Shown: positions 1 through 9,833, counted from the first letter of the stretch. The stretch is 32,000 nt of DNA from Methanocaldococcus jannaschii DSM 2661 (GCF_000091665.1 NC_000909.1:259995-291994), one strand, 5' to 3'. Translations and numbers: made by a program. The notes: a model not told the origin generated them from the letters alone.

Positions 1-381
1 TGCTTTATATTTACTCTCATCTTCTATCTTTCCTCCAATCATTGAAGAGCCATATTTTGTCGCTGCTGGCCCCCCCAAAATTTTTAAGCCATCATATTTA
101 TATAATATAGAAACAAACTCCTTTAATGTTGCAGGATTTGCATTTAAATATTTTCCAGGTGTGTGAAATCCACAAATACAAATTATTGCATCGTATTTAT
201 TTAAATTAAAATCTCCTCTAATTTCTCTAAATTTATCGATAGTTATATAATCCACTTTAACGTTATATTTATCTAAGGCACCATAAGCATATCTTGGGTA
301 AATGCCTATATAAGGGGGCACCCCCAAACCAGCGGGTTCGTCAGTATAACCATCTAATATTAAAGCTCTCCCTATCATCAT
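1..381 (-). CDS. N-terminal part of a B12-binding-type / radical SAM family protein (runs off window start)
   Basis: Own translation of the minus strand: MMIGRALILDGYTDEPAGLGVPPYIGIYPRYAYGALDKYNVKVDYITIDKFREIRGDFNLNKYDAIICICGFHTPGKYLNANP..., open to window edge; Shine-Dalgarno GGTGAT just upstream of the ATG at 381. Family call from the N-terminal domain style only. Confidence 0.55.
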   Translation of the reverse strand, partial: MMIGRALILDGYTDEPAGLGVPPYIGIYPRYAYGALDKYNVKVDYITIDKFREIRGDFNLNKYDAIICICGFHTPGKYLNANPATLKEFVSILYKYDGLKILGGPAATKYGSSMIGGKIEDESKYKA

Positions 382-396
382 AATAATCACCAAAAA

Positions 397-459
397 ATCG
401 CCAATGATGACGATTGGCTTTGCTGAGTCTGTGATGAACCGTATGAGCACTGAGGCGAT
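397..459 (+). ncRNA. C/D box guide sRNA (archaeal snoRNA-like)
   Basis: Terminal stem ATCGCC (397-402)/GGCGAT (454-459), extendable to 8 bp; box C ATGATGA 404-410; box D' CTGA 423-426; box C' GTGATGA 431-437; box D CTGA 450-453; two 12-nt guides (411-422 and 438-449), the standard archaeal geometry. Confidence 0.9.
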
Positions 460-515
460 TTATAGTTTAAATTGAACAAAAATTAGAAAATTAAAATTAA
501 AAATAAAATGAAAAT

Positions 516-1130
516 TTATTCCTCAAATAAACTAAATACATATTTTGTCCAATTCATCCACAAATCATTAGCTTTTCTACTTTTCTCATAAGTTTGCATA
601 ATTATATAGTAATTACCAACTTTTCTATAATAGCAGTAACTAATTGATAAATTGGCATTTTTTGGAATGAACTCGTAATATATGTAGTTGCCAAAAATAT
701 CCCTTTCAGGATACTCTTTAACTTCATTATATATGTATGCATAGGAAAGGTCAATTGGCTTTCTGCTGACTACAAAGGTTATGTTTTTATATTTTTTTAT
801 TATTTTATCATCAAAGTCCGTCTCTTCATTATAAGGAAGATTTAAAAACATCTTGTCCATATCAACTGGCTTTGAAAAATCGTATTTTTTTGTAGTTTTT
901 GTTATATTATTTGTTCTATTTTCATCATTTGTAATATTTAACTTACAGGATTCTTCTTTTAAATTTTCTATTGGTTTATTGTTTTGGACTTTTATATTTT
1001 CTTTTTCAATGACTGTCATATTTGGTTTATTTACTTCCTCTTTTTCATTCTCAAAACATCCACAAATTGAAATAGTTAAAATTAAAGATAATATAAATAA
1101 AACAATTATTGATACTTTTTTCATACTCAA
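516..1130 (-). CDS. hypothetical secreted lipoprotein-like protein
   Basis: 204-aa ORF; N-terminal signal peptide with lipobox-like SICGC. Confidence 0.6.
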
Positions 1131-1573
1131 CCCCTTTTTCTTTCTTTATTTTCAATTTTCTCCCTTAAAATTTTTAAAAGTTCAGCATCTTTTTTAACCA
1201 CATATTCAATTTGGGGTCTATATTTAAAAAGCCCGGGGGTTTCCCAATTAAATGTCTCTTCCCTTTTACCTTTAAGATTTATTTGTATTGAATTTAAAGA
1301 TACAAAAAACTCTATTACCTCATCCCAACTATAAAACTCATTATCTACTTTTATCCCATTATCTAAAACAACTAATTTCTTGGGTTTTAAAAAGATATAG
1401 GCAAAAAGTGCAATAATTAATATATCAACAGCTAATATAATAGAAAAAGAAAGCTTAAGACTATGAAGAATAATTGAAATATATAAAATAACAATAATGC
1501 TCATAGAAAATATTACTGCCCCAACAATCTTATAAGCATTATAAACTCTATAAACCCTCATGATACCACACAA
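1127..1573 (-). CDS. hypothetical membrane protein, two predicted TM helices plus PH-like C-terminal domain
   Basis: 148-aa ORF; two hydrophobic segments followed by soluble domain; overlaps next ORF by 4 bp (translational coupling). Confidence 0.6.
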
Positions 1574-1633
1574 AAAGAAAAAAATATTAGTATATCTATG
1601 AGTTATTCCATATTAAAATATTTCTATCGAGTG

Positions 1634-2734
1634 TTATCCTAAAACAGCCCTCTCCAACTCTTCTGGTCTATGTAACTCTCCTCCAATTTTATCCACTAAA
1701 ATAACCTCTTCTGCTTTTTTGCAAACTCTCTCAACCTCATAATATATCTGTCCTAAATTCATCTCTGGAACTACAACTTTCTTAGCCTTCAACTTTTTTA
1801 ATAAATCATCTGGGAATGGATAAACAGTTATCAACCTTATATATCCAACATCCAAACCTTTTTCTCTCAAATTTCTAACAGCATGTTTTACAGTTCTTGA
1901 AGGAGAACCATAACAAACAAATACTATTTCTGCATCTAAGTTCTCTCCTTCCCATTTAATTATCTCATCTTTATTTTTTCTTATTTTATTCACTATTCTC
2001 CTAACTAACTTATCATGAGTTTCTGGTGAAACATCTGGGTAGCCTCTCTCATCATGAGTTAAACCAGTTATATGCACATTATAGCCCTCTCCAAATACTG
2101 GCATCTCTGGGATTAATTTATCAAAAGGATATGGCTTTTTACATGGCTTTTCTTCTGGCTTTTTTCTATTAATTATCTCAATATTATCATGCAAAATTAC
2201 TTTTTCTCTCATATGCCCAACTATCTCATCAGCCATTACAAAAACAGGAATTCTGTATTTTTCAGCATAGTTAAAAGCCATTATTGTGAAATCATACATC
2301 TCTTGGACAGAGCTTGGAGCTAAGGCAATAACTTCATAATCTCCATGGCTTCCCCATCTACACTGCATCATATCTCCCTGGGAAGCCATGGTTGGCTGTC
2401 CTGTGGAAGGGCCGCCTCTTTGAATATCCACAACTACACAGGGAGTTTCTGTCATGTATGCAAATCCTATATTCTCCTGCATTAAACTAAATCCAGGGCC
2501 TGAAGTAGCTGTCATTGCCTTTAATCCTCCCCAACTTGCTCCAATAACTGCTGCTATACTTCCAATCTCATCTTCCATTTGTATATAATATCCTCCAACC
2601 TTTGGTAATTCTCTCGCCATTGCCTCGGCTATCTCTGTGGATGGAGTTATTGGATAGCCAGCGAAAAACCTACATCCAGCTTTTATAGCTCCCTTTGCAC
2701 ATGCCTGATTTCCCTGCATAAACTCAACTTTCAT
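1634..2734 (-). CDS. korA: 2-oxoacid (2-oxoglutarate) ferredoxin oxidoreductase alpha subunit
   Basis: MQGNQACAKGAIKAGCRFFAGYPITPSTEIAE...SGPGFSLMQE motifs of the KorA/PorA family. Confidence 0.85.
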   Translation of the reverse strand: MKVEFMQGNQACAKGAIKAGCRFFAGYPITPSTEIAEAMARELPKVGGYYIQMEDEIGSIAAVIGASWGGLKAMTATSGPGFSLMQENIGFAYMTETPCVVVDIQRGGPSTGQPTMASQGDMMQCRWGSHGDYEVIALAPSSVQEMYDFTIMAFNYAEKYRIPVFVMADEIVGHMREKVILHDNIEIINRKKPEEKPCKKPYPFDKLIPEMPVFGEGYNVHITGLTHDERGYPDVSPETHDKLVRRIVNKIRKNKDEIIKWEGENLDAEIVFVCYGSPSRTVKHAVRNLREKGLDVGYIRLITVYPFPDDLLKKLKAKKVVVPEMNLGQIYYEVERVCKKAEEVILVDKIGGELHRPEELERAVLG

Positions 2735-2853
2735 TAAACCCCCTCCTTCTAAGCTACTTTTATATAATATAACCTTGTGTTAATATTTAACGACTATAAT
2801 ATAATAGAGAAGAAAATAACAATTTAAAAAAATAGAAGCATGGGCTAATTTAT

Positions 2854-4629
2854 CTAAAACTCTTTAACTGCTGCCATATCTCTTATTTTCTTAATTTCAT
2901 CGAACTGTGGTTTTTTTATTTTTGGTTCTACCCTAATTGGCTGGACAATATTGGTTAATCTCCCACCTGGAGGAACCATTGGCAGAGCTTCAGCAGGGTC
3001 TATAACAATATCTAAGAGGTATGGCTCATTACTTAATATTGCTTCTTTCAACTTCTCTTTAATTTCATCTGGGCTTATTATTCTATCAGCTTTAACTCCA
3101 TAACTTTCAGCTAATTTAACAAAGTCAGGACTCTCTCCCAAATGAACTTCACTCTGCCTCTGCCCATAGTATAGGTTTTGCCATTGATAGACCATTCCCA
3201 AAGTTCTGTTGTCAAAAATACAGATAACAACAGGAATATCATATTCGCTAATTGTTGCCAACTCCTGAGAGTTCATCAAAAATCCTCCATCTCCAGTAAT
3301 AGAGATAACATTAGCATAAGGTTTAGCTACCTTTGCCCCAATTGCAGCAGGGAAACCAAAACCCATAGTTCCTAAACCACCAGAAGCTAAAAAGCTTCTT
3401 GGCATCTTTGTTTTAAAGAAGTGTGCCATCCACATCTGATTTTGTCCAACATCTGTTGTTATAATTGTGTTTTTTAATTTTGAGTCAATCTCATTCAAAA
3501 CTTCCATTAAATCCTTAACAAACCTTTGTGGCTTTATTGGCTTATCATCAAAGTCCATCATTGGGATAGATAATTTTTTTAATTCATAAATTCTTTCAAG
3601 CCATGTTTCTTTGTCTTTAATTTCTAATGCTATTAATGCAGCTAACAAATCTCTCAAAACATTTTTTGCATCTCCAACTATTGGAATATCAGCTCTAACA
3701 TTTTTTCCTATCTCAGCTGGGTCTATATCTATATGAATAATCTTTGCCTCTGGAGCAAAGTATCTGATATCCCCAGTAACCCTATCTGAAAATCTACATC
3801 CAATAGCTATGAGAACATCACACTCCGTAACTGCGTAATTTGCAGCTTTAGTTCCATGCATTCCAACCATTCCTAAAGCTAAAGGATGGTCTTCTGGGAA
3901 ACAACCCTTACCCATTAAGGTTGTGCATACTGGAATTTTAACAAACTCAGCTAATCTCAATAACTCTTCTGAAGCTCCACTAATTATAACTCCTCCACCA
4001 GCTAAGATTACAGGTCTCTCAGATTCAGCTATCAATTTAGCAGCTTTCTTTATCTGTAGAGGATGCCCTACAGTTTTTGGTTTATAACCTGGCAAATCAA
4101 CCTTTGCAGGAATTGGGTATTTTTCAATATCTATTTCTCCATCTTGCACATCCTTTGGGAGGTCTATATGAACCGGTCCTGGTCTTCCAGTTGTGGCAAT
4201 TTCAAAAGCGGCTCTAAACGTCTCTGGAATCTCTTCTGGTTTTTTTATTTGGAAATTGTGTTTTGTTATTGGCATGAATAATCCAAGAGCGTCAATCTCC
4301 TGAAATGCATCGTTTCCAATAAGTTTTGTTGGGACTTGCCCTGTTAAAGCAATAACTGGAGAAGAATCTGCATAAGCGGTTGCTATCCCAGTAACTAAGT
4401 TTGTAGCTCCAGGGCCAGAGGTAGAGACGCAAACCCCAGCCTCTCCACTTGCTCTCGCAAATCCATCTGCTGCATGTGCTGCTGCCTGTTCATGCCTTGT
4501 TAATATATGAACTAAATCGCTATCATACAACGCATCATAAAAAGGAAGCATAGCTCCTCCTGGATAACCAAATATAATCTTAACTCCCTCCGCTTCCAAT
4601 GCTTTTATGATTGCTTCAGCACCTTTCAT
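2854..4629 (-). CDS. ilvB: acetolactate synthase large subunit
   Basis: 591 aa; GYPGGAMLPFYDAL, RHEQAAAHAADGFARASG, TPP-binding GDGGFLMNSQELATI and VDPAEALPMVPPGG. Confidence 0.95.
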   Translation of the reverse strand: MKGAEAIIKALEAEGVKIIFGYPGGAMLPFYDALYDSDLVHILTRHEQAAAHAADGFARASGEAGVCVSTSGPGATNLVTGIATAYADSSPVIALTGQVPTKLIGNDAFQEIDALGLFMPITKHNFQIKKPEEIPETFRAAFEIATTGRPGPVHIDLPKDVQDGEIDIEKYPIPAKVDLPGYKPKTVGHPLQIKKAAKLIAESERPVILAGGGVIISGASEELLRLAEFVKIPVCTTLMGKGCFPEDHPLALGMVGMHGTKAANYAVTECDVLIAIGCRFSDRVTGDIRYFAPEAKIIHIDIDPAEIGKNVRADIPIVGDAKNVLRDLLAALIALEIKDKETWLERIYELKKLSIPMMDFDDKPIKPQRFVKDLMEVLNEIDSKLKNTIITTDVGQNQMWMAHFFKTKMPRSFLASGGLGTMGFGFPAAIGAKVAKPYANVISITGDGGFLMNSQELATISEYDIPVVICIFDNRTLGMVYQWQNLYYGQRQSEVHLGESPDFVKLAESYGVKADRIISPDEIKEKLKEAILSNEPYLLDIVIDPAEALPMVPPGGRLTNIVQPIRVEPKIKKPQFDEIKKIRDMAAVKEF

Positions 4630-4812
4630 CCAATCACCAAAAAATGTTAAGGGTAAAGTAATGATAAAATTGAAATCATATATAAAAATTTTTATACTAA
4701 GGATTTAGCATTTGAAGAACTTTAAAAAGTTTGATATAAAAAAGTGTTGGTATTTAATATTTAATTACTAATCTTAAAGACTAAAAATAAAAAATAGAAT
4801 TAAAGAAAGAAA

Positions 4813-5286
4813 TTATTCTGACTCAGCTGGCTGGACATCTCTTACTTTTATTGTGAATTTTAATTCTTTTCCAGCAAGCTCGTGGTTAAAGTCTAAAGTT
4901 ACAGTATCATCAGTAACTTTTATTATCTTTGCAGGAATTCCACTGGCTAAGATTAACATTCCCTCCTGTGGTTCAAAGTCAGCATCAGCAAACATTTCCT
5001 TAGGTATTTCTTGGATTAATCTCTCATCTCTAAGTCCATAACCTTTTTCAGGAGGAATTGTTACAGTTTTTTCTTCTCCAACTTCCATGCCTATAACAGC
5101 CTCTTCAAAACCTTCGATTAATTCTCCATTACCTACAATAAATCCAATTGGCTCATATTCTCTTTCAGGATAGTATATTTTATTTTCTTTAGCTACTTCT
5201 TCAATTGATGTGTCAATAACTTTTCCATCTACTTCTAATATATAATCTACTTTGACATAGTCACCTTTTTTAATCAAGTTAATCAA
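4813..5286 (-). CDS. FKBP-type peptidyl-prolyl cis-trans isomerase (SlyD-like)
   Basis: [71 protein letters not shown]. Confidence 0.93.
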   Translation of the reverse strand: MINLIKKGDYVKVDYILEVDGKVIDTSIEEVAKENKIYYPEREYEPIGFIVGNGELIEGFEEAVIGMEVGEEKTVTIPPEKGYGLRDERLIQEIPKEMFADADFEPQEGMLILASGIPAKIIKVTDDTVTLDFNHELAGKELKFTIKVRDVQPAESE

Positions 5287-5368
5287 CTCCTAACCTTTCC
5301 AAATACTTTTTGTGAAGGGTATATAAATAGTTTTTTGTTATTATTTTTTATGGACAAAAGCGTCATAT

Positions 5369-6220
5369 TTGGGGGTTTTTATGGAGAAGTTAAAAACGTA
5401 TTTGGAGCTTATTAGAGTCAAAAACTGCATAACTGCATCTATTGGTGGGATTATAGGTTATTTAATATCATCAAACTTTGAGATTGATATTTTAAAATCT
5501 CTTTTAGTATTTTTTGTTGTATTTTTTGTTTGTGCTTATGGAAATGTAATAAATGATATTTTTGATATTGAGATAGATAGAATAAACAAGCCATCCCGTC
5601 CTTTACCATCAGGAAAAATTAAATTAAATGAGGCAAAAAAATTTTCAGCCATTCTATTAATTTTGGGATTAGTTCTCTCATTATTCATAAATATATATGC
5701 ATTGATTATTGCTGTAATTAATGCACTTTTCCTCTATCTATATGCAAAAAAATACAAAAAATATAAACCAATTGGGAATTTTATTATTGGTTATTTAACT
5801 GGTTCTGTATTTCTATTTGGTGGAGTTGCTGGAAAAAACGTTATGCCAGTAGTTATTTTGTTTTTATGCTCTTTGCTTTCAATTTGGGGTAGGGAGATTG
5901 TTAAGGACTTTGAGGACATGGAAGGGGATAAAAAAGAAGGCGTTATTTCACTACCAATAAAGTATGGTAAAAAATCTTTATATTTTGCTACATTTTTGGT
6001 TGTTTTAGCGGTTATATTAAGCCCTCTTCCATACATTTTAAAAATATTTGGGATATGGTATCTAATTTTGATAGCAATATGTGATATTTTGTTTATCTAT
6101 GCTATGGCTTTATTGTTAAAAGAGCCAAATAAAGAAACTGCTTCAAAGGTTTCAAAATTCTTAAAAATCATAATGAACATTGTTCTTTTGGCATTTATTG
6201 TTGGAGCCATAAAACTATAG
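5369..6220 (+). CDS. UbiA-family prenyltransferase, probable digeranylgeranylglyceryl phosphate synthase
   Basis: Polytopic; NVINDIFDIEIDRINKPSRPLPSGKI first Asp motif, KDFEDMEGDKKEG second motif. Probable start at internal MEKL rather than upstream MGVF. Confidence 0.9.
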   Translation: MGVFMEKLKTYLELIRVKNCITASIGGIIGYLISSNFEIDILKSLLVFFVVFFVCAYGNVINDIFDIEIDRINKPSRPLPSGKIKLNEAKKFSAILLILGLVLSLFINIYALIIAVINALFLYLYAKKYKKYKPIGNFIIGYLTGSVFLFGGVAGKNVMPVVILFLCSLLSIWGREIVKDFEDMEGDKKEGVISLPIKYGKKSLYFATFLVVLAVILSPLPYILKIFGIWYLILIAICDILFIYAMALLLKEPNKETASKVSKFLKIIMNIVLLAFIVGAIKL

Positions 6221-6377
6221 TCACTCATCAAAAGCAAAATATTTTTAACCAATACATAAATATAAAACCCCAAGGGTTTTATAAATACCCAATGACTTCC
6301 AAAATTTTTGATGATTGACTATAAAAATATCAAGAGATAATAAAAATAGAAATCAAATATAAAACTTTGGTGAAAGG

Positions 6378-6764
6378 ATGTTTCCAGGAAAAGTAAATCC
6401 AAGGATGTTAAAGAAAATGCAGAAGATGATGAAAGATTTTGGTATGGAAACTGAAGATTTAGATGTCAGAAAGGTAATATTTGTATTTGATGATGAGGAA
6501 TGGGTATTTGAAGAACCAAAAGTTCAAGTTATGGACATATTAGGAGTTAAAACCTACTCAATAACAGGAAAACCAAAGAAGATTAAAAAAGAAAAAGTAG
6601 AAGAGGAAGAAGAAGTTAAGGTTGAGATAACAGAAGAGGATGTTGAGTTGGTAGCTAAGCAGTGCAACGTTTCAAAGGAAGAAGCAAGAAAGGCATTAGA
6701 GGAGTGTAATGGAGACATTGCTGAAGCAATATTAAAATTAGAAGAAGAAAAAGAAGAAAATTAA
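6378..6764 (+). CDS. nac: nascent polypeptide-associated complex protein (archaeal NAC)
   Basis: MFPGKVNPRMLKKMQKMMKDFGM..., C-terminal UBA domain VAKQCNVSKEEARKALEECNGDIAEAILKL. Confidence 0.92.
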   Translation: MFPGKVNPRMLKKMQKMMKDFGMETEDLDVRKVIFVFDDEEWVFEEPKVQVMDILGVKTYSITGKPKKIKKEKVEEEEEVKVEITEEDVELVAKQCNVSKEEARKALEECNGDIAEAILKLEEEKEEN

Positions 6765-7300
6765 ATTGAAATATAAATTCCTCTATCCTGTAGCTTTTTT
6801 AAGCATTTTTTGCAATATCTCCAATCCTTTAAATCCACATCGATAATAGAATTTGAAAAACTCATAACACATCTCTTATTTTCGCAATGTATTAATCCCA
6901 AAACATGGCCTATTTCATGTATCGCCTCTTTTAAAGCCCTAATTTTTAAGACATCTTTATTTGGTGGCAACCCATAAAATTCAGGTCTTAATCTTGCCAG
7001 TGATATCAAAGCTCTTTTTCCAAATAACTCTGCCTCTCCAAACACAAAATTTAAATTGTCTGCGTATATATCTACCTCGGTAACACCTAAAACGATATCT
7101 TCAACTGTTGGTAGAGATTTTAAAATTAAGGTTGAATTAAATTGCCCTCTACTAAAATTATAAGCATAAATTGGAATATCAATTTTAGGAAGTATTTCAC
7201 ACATTCCAAAAACTTCCCCAAATTTTTTCTTTAAAAATTTTAAAATCTCATCATTAACATCTCCAACTGGTTGGATACAAATTCTCATAATCATCACCAA
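6761..7300 (-). CDS. amzA: archaemetzincin family zinc metalloprotease
   Basis: HEIGHVLGLIHCENKRCVMSFSNS...YCKKCLKKL: HExxHxxGxxH with trailing Cys cluster. Confidence 0.88.
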   Translation of the reverse strand: MVMIMRICIQPVGDVNDEILKFLKKKFGEVFGMCEILPKIDIPIYAYNFSRGQFNSTLILKSLPTVEDIVLGVTEVDIYADNLNFVFGEAELFGKRALISLARLRPEFYGLPPNKDVLKIRALKEAIHEIGHVLGLIHCENKRCVMSFSNSIIDVDLKDWRYCKKCLKKLQDRGIYISI

Positions 7301-7343
7301 TAAAAAATAGTTAATTATGTATAGGACAACATTATAAATTTAA

Positions 7344-7793
7344 ATGAAAATGTTTCATAAAATTTATTTTGGTGATAGTGTGGTAAAGCTAACAGAGGAG
7401 ATGGTTAAATCCTTAGAAAATGAGATTGTATTTATAGCAACAGCTTCAAAGGATGGAGTTCCAAATGTAGCGGCAATGAGGGCAATTAAAGTCTTAGATG
7501 CTGAGAAAGGGATTGTTTTAATAGCAGATAACTTCATGAACAAAACCCTAAAAAATATCTTAGAAAATCCAAAAGTTGCTTTAACTACCGCAAATTGTAA
7601 AGACATGCCTTACCAATATAAAGGAACTGCTGAATACTACAAAGAAGGTGAATATTTAAAAATAGCTGAAGAGGTTGATAAAGCATTAAAACCAGATTTG
7701 AAACCAAAAGGAGCTGTTGTCATAAAAATAACTGAAATCTATAACTTAAAATCTGGGCCAGATGCTGGTAAGTTAATAGCTAAAGATGAATAA
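7344..7793 (+). CDS. pyridoxamine 5'-phosphate oxidase-like FMN-binding protein
   Basis: FIATASKDGVPNVAAMRAI ... KNPKVALTTANCKDMPYQYKGTAEY fold signature. Confidence 0.8.
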   Translation: MKMFHKIYFGDSVVKLTEEMVKSLENEIVFIATASKDGVPNVAAMRAIKVLDAEKGIVLIADNFMNKTLKNILENPKVALTTANCKDMPYQYKGTAEYYKEGEYLKIAEEVDKALKPDLKPKGAVVIKITEIYNLKSGPDAGKLIAKDE

Positions 7794-7931
7794 ATAACTC
7801 CTTAACTATTTTTCATCCTTTATATGGGGTGTAATTTTATATCACATGGAAATAGATAACTTTATATGCCCTCTTTTATTATTATTCATTGATTATTATT
7901 TTTACTCAAATGAGGGAAAATAGGTGAGACC

Positions 7932-8804
7932 ATGGCTGAGTGTGATGGAAAATGTGACACTTGTCCATCAAAAAATACCTGCCCAGATACAAAGAAACTC
8001 TTAGCCCAGCAAGATGCAAAAATTAGAGAAAATATGTCAAAAATAAAACATAAAATAGTTATTTTGAGTGGTAAAGGAGGGGTTGGGAAATCAACAGTAA
8101 CAGTTAATTTAGCTGCTGCTCTAAATTTAATGGGCAAAAAGGTTGGAGTTTTAGATGCGGATATTCACGGCCCTAACATTCCAAAGATGCTTGGGGTTGA
8201 GAACACCCAACCTATGGCAGGACCAGCTGGAATATTTCCAATAGTTACAAAAGATGGAATAAAAACCATGTCTATTGGATATCTATTACCAGATGACAAA
8301 ACTCCTGTTATTTGGAGGGGGCCAAAGGTTAGCGGAGCTATTAGGCAATTTCTATCAGATGTAGTTTGGGGAGAACTTGATTATTTATTAATAGATACTC
8401 CTCCAGGGACAGGAGATGAGCAATTAACTATCATGCAATCAATTCCAGATATTGATGGAGCTATAATTGTAACAACACCAGAAGAAGTTTCTGTCTTGGA
8501 TGTTAAAAAATCCATTATGATGGCTAAAATGCTAAACATCCCAATTATTGGAATTATTGAAAATATGAGCGGGTTTGTTTGCCCATACTGCAATAAAGTT
8601 GTGGATATATTTGGTAGAGGAGGGGGAGAAAAAGCTGCTAAAGAGCTTGGAGTTGAATTTTTAGGTAGAATTCCTTTAGATATTAAAGCAAGAGAAGCAA
8701 GTGATAAAGGAATTCCAATGGTTTTACTTGATTGTAAAGCAAGTGAAGAGTTTAAAAAGATTGTTAAAAGAATTGTTGAAAAGGTCGAAGGTAAAAAAGA
8801 ATAA
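7932..8804 (+). CDS. Mrp/NBP35-family Fe-S cluster carrier ATPase
   Basis: N-terminal CxxxCxxC-type cluster CDGKCDTCPSKNTC, GKGGVGKST Walker A, NMSGFVCPYC motif. Confidence 0.93.
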   Translation: MAECDGKCDTCPSKNTCPDTKKLLAQQDAKIRENMSKIKHKIVILSGKGGVGKSTVTVNLAAALNLMGKKVGVLDADIHGPNIPKMLGVENTQPMAGPAGIFPIVTKDGIKTMSIGYLLPDDKTPVIWRGPKVSGAIRQFLSDVVWGELDYLLIDTPPGTGDEQLTIMQSIPDIDGAIIVTTPEEVSVLDVKKSIMMAKMLNIPIIGIIENMSGFVCPYCNKVVDIFGRGGGEKAAKELGVEFLGRIPLDIKAREASDKGIPMVLLDCKASEEFKKIVKRIVEKVEGKKE

Positions 8805-8869
8805 AATTTCTCATTCAATATATTTTAAACATTCTGGGAAGTATTTTTTAATATAGTCTCTATCCGTTT

Positions 8870-8936
8870 CCCGTTTCCATAGCTTACCATAGCATTTAAT
8901 AACTTACTATACGAATCGGTAAGCTATGGAAATGGG
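8870..8936. repeat. 19-bp inverted repeat (single mismatch) with 29-nt loop
   Basis: cccgtttccatagcttacc (8870-8888) pairs with ggtaagctatggaaatggg (8918-8936); the one mismatch can be a wobble pair in one orientation. Confidence 0.85.
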
Positions 8937-9173
8937 TTGTCCTCAGCCCATAGCTTCATCGGGAACACCATTCCCTTCACTATAAGTTCATCAGACTTAG
9001 GACTGAACAGATACAGCCCCAAAATCCAAACTTCGTTAATATTTAGTATCAACATTTCGTCTCGAAGGCAAAGCCTCCTCATTAACATTATGATATAACA
9101 ATACATATTACTATTTTAATAAAAAAACAATATTTATATTGTGATATTGTTTATTATGATATGCTACTGTAAG

Positions 9174-9833
9174 TTATAGAAAATTAAAAACTGTTTCGAA
9201 CCCTAATTTCTCTATTCTAAAAATCACTACAGGAATCTCCACAACCTTTTTTTTATGAAACTCGTATATTGCAGGAATTCTAAAAAATGCCTCATAGATG
9301 TGAGTTATTTTTCCCCCTTTATCTTCAACATACTTAATAACAAAATCCTTTGTTGGATAATTGTGAATAGTATAAATAATATCCCCAATCTCTAACGCCT
9401 TATCTAAAAATACTCTATCAGCATGTTTTTTCTGGGCTCCAAATGGAGGATTTTGAATAACTACTCTCTTTAAATCCCTATCTTCACCAAGCACATTATT
9501 TAAAAATTCATCATCAACATCTCTAATGTCCATGCAATAAAAATCTACATCAACATTTAGCTTTTTAGCGTTCTCTTTAGCTGCTTCAATACTCTCCCTA
9601 TCGATATCTATACCAATAGCCCTCTTAGCTCCTAAAATTTTGCTACCTATAGCTAATCTTCCAGTTCCACAACCTAAATCGATAACAACATTGTTATAAA
9701 AATCATTCACAGCAAAAAATAAAATATCAGCTGCTAATTTTCCGTCTATTGTATATTGCTCTAAATCAGCTTTTGGATTTGGATGTCTTTTTAAAGAATC
9801 TAACATCATTTCTAAATGCTTTTTCTTTATCAT
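9174..9833 (-). CDS. METTL5-like SAM-dependent RNA methyltransferase
   Basis: VIDLGCGTGRLAIGSKILGA and catalytic NPPFGAQKKHADRVFL. Confidence 0.85.
   Translation of the reverse strand: MIKKKHLEMMLDSLKRHPNPKADLEQYTIDGKLAADILFFAVNDFYNNVVIDLGCGTGRLAIGSKILGAKRAIGIDIDRESIEAAKENAKKLNVDVDFYCMDIRDVDDEFLNNVLGEDRDLKRVVIQNPPFGAQKKHADRVFLDKALEIGDIIYTIHNYPTKDFVIKYVEDKGGKITHIYEAFFRIPAIYEFHKKKVVEIPVVIFRIEKLGFETVFNFL

Noticed and set aside
853-1197. Plus-strand 114-aa ORF
   Set aside because: Antisense to two coherent minus-strand ORFs, Phe/Ser-rich low-complexity translation typical of antisense AT-rich coding DNA.
1634-4629. Novel oxidoreductase/synthase fusion system from adjacent korA and ilvB
   Set aside because: Both look like ordinary, separately functioning metabolic genes; scattered subunit genes are normal in Methanocaldococcus.
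3178-5041. Plus-strand ORFs 3178-3375, 4063-4281 and 4853-5041
   Set aside because: Antisense to ilvB and the FKBP-type gene, no plausible domains.
7364-8818. Minus-strand ORFs 7364-7606, 7886-8137 and 8381-8818
   Set aside because: Antisense to the FMN-binding protein and Mrp-type ATPase genes; the sense proteins have clear family motifs.
8940-9020. Possible second C/D box sRNA on the minus strand (TCTGATGA ... CGATGA ... CTGA)
   Set aside because: No D' box at proper spacing, guide lengths wrong and no terminal stem flanking the boxes.
8924-9106. 60-aa minus-strand ORF treated as a normal gene
   Set aside because: Lies in the structured repeat-bearing island, overlaps one arm of the inverted repeat and shows no recognisable domain; reported only as part of the spacer finding.
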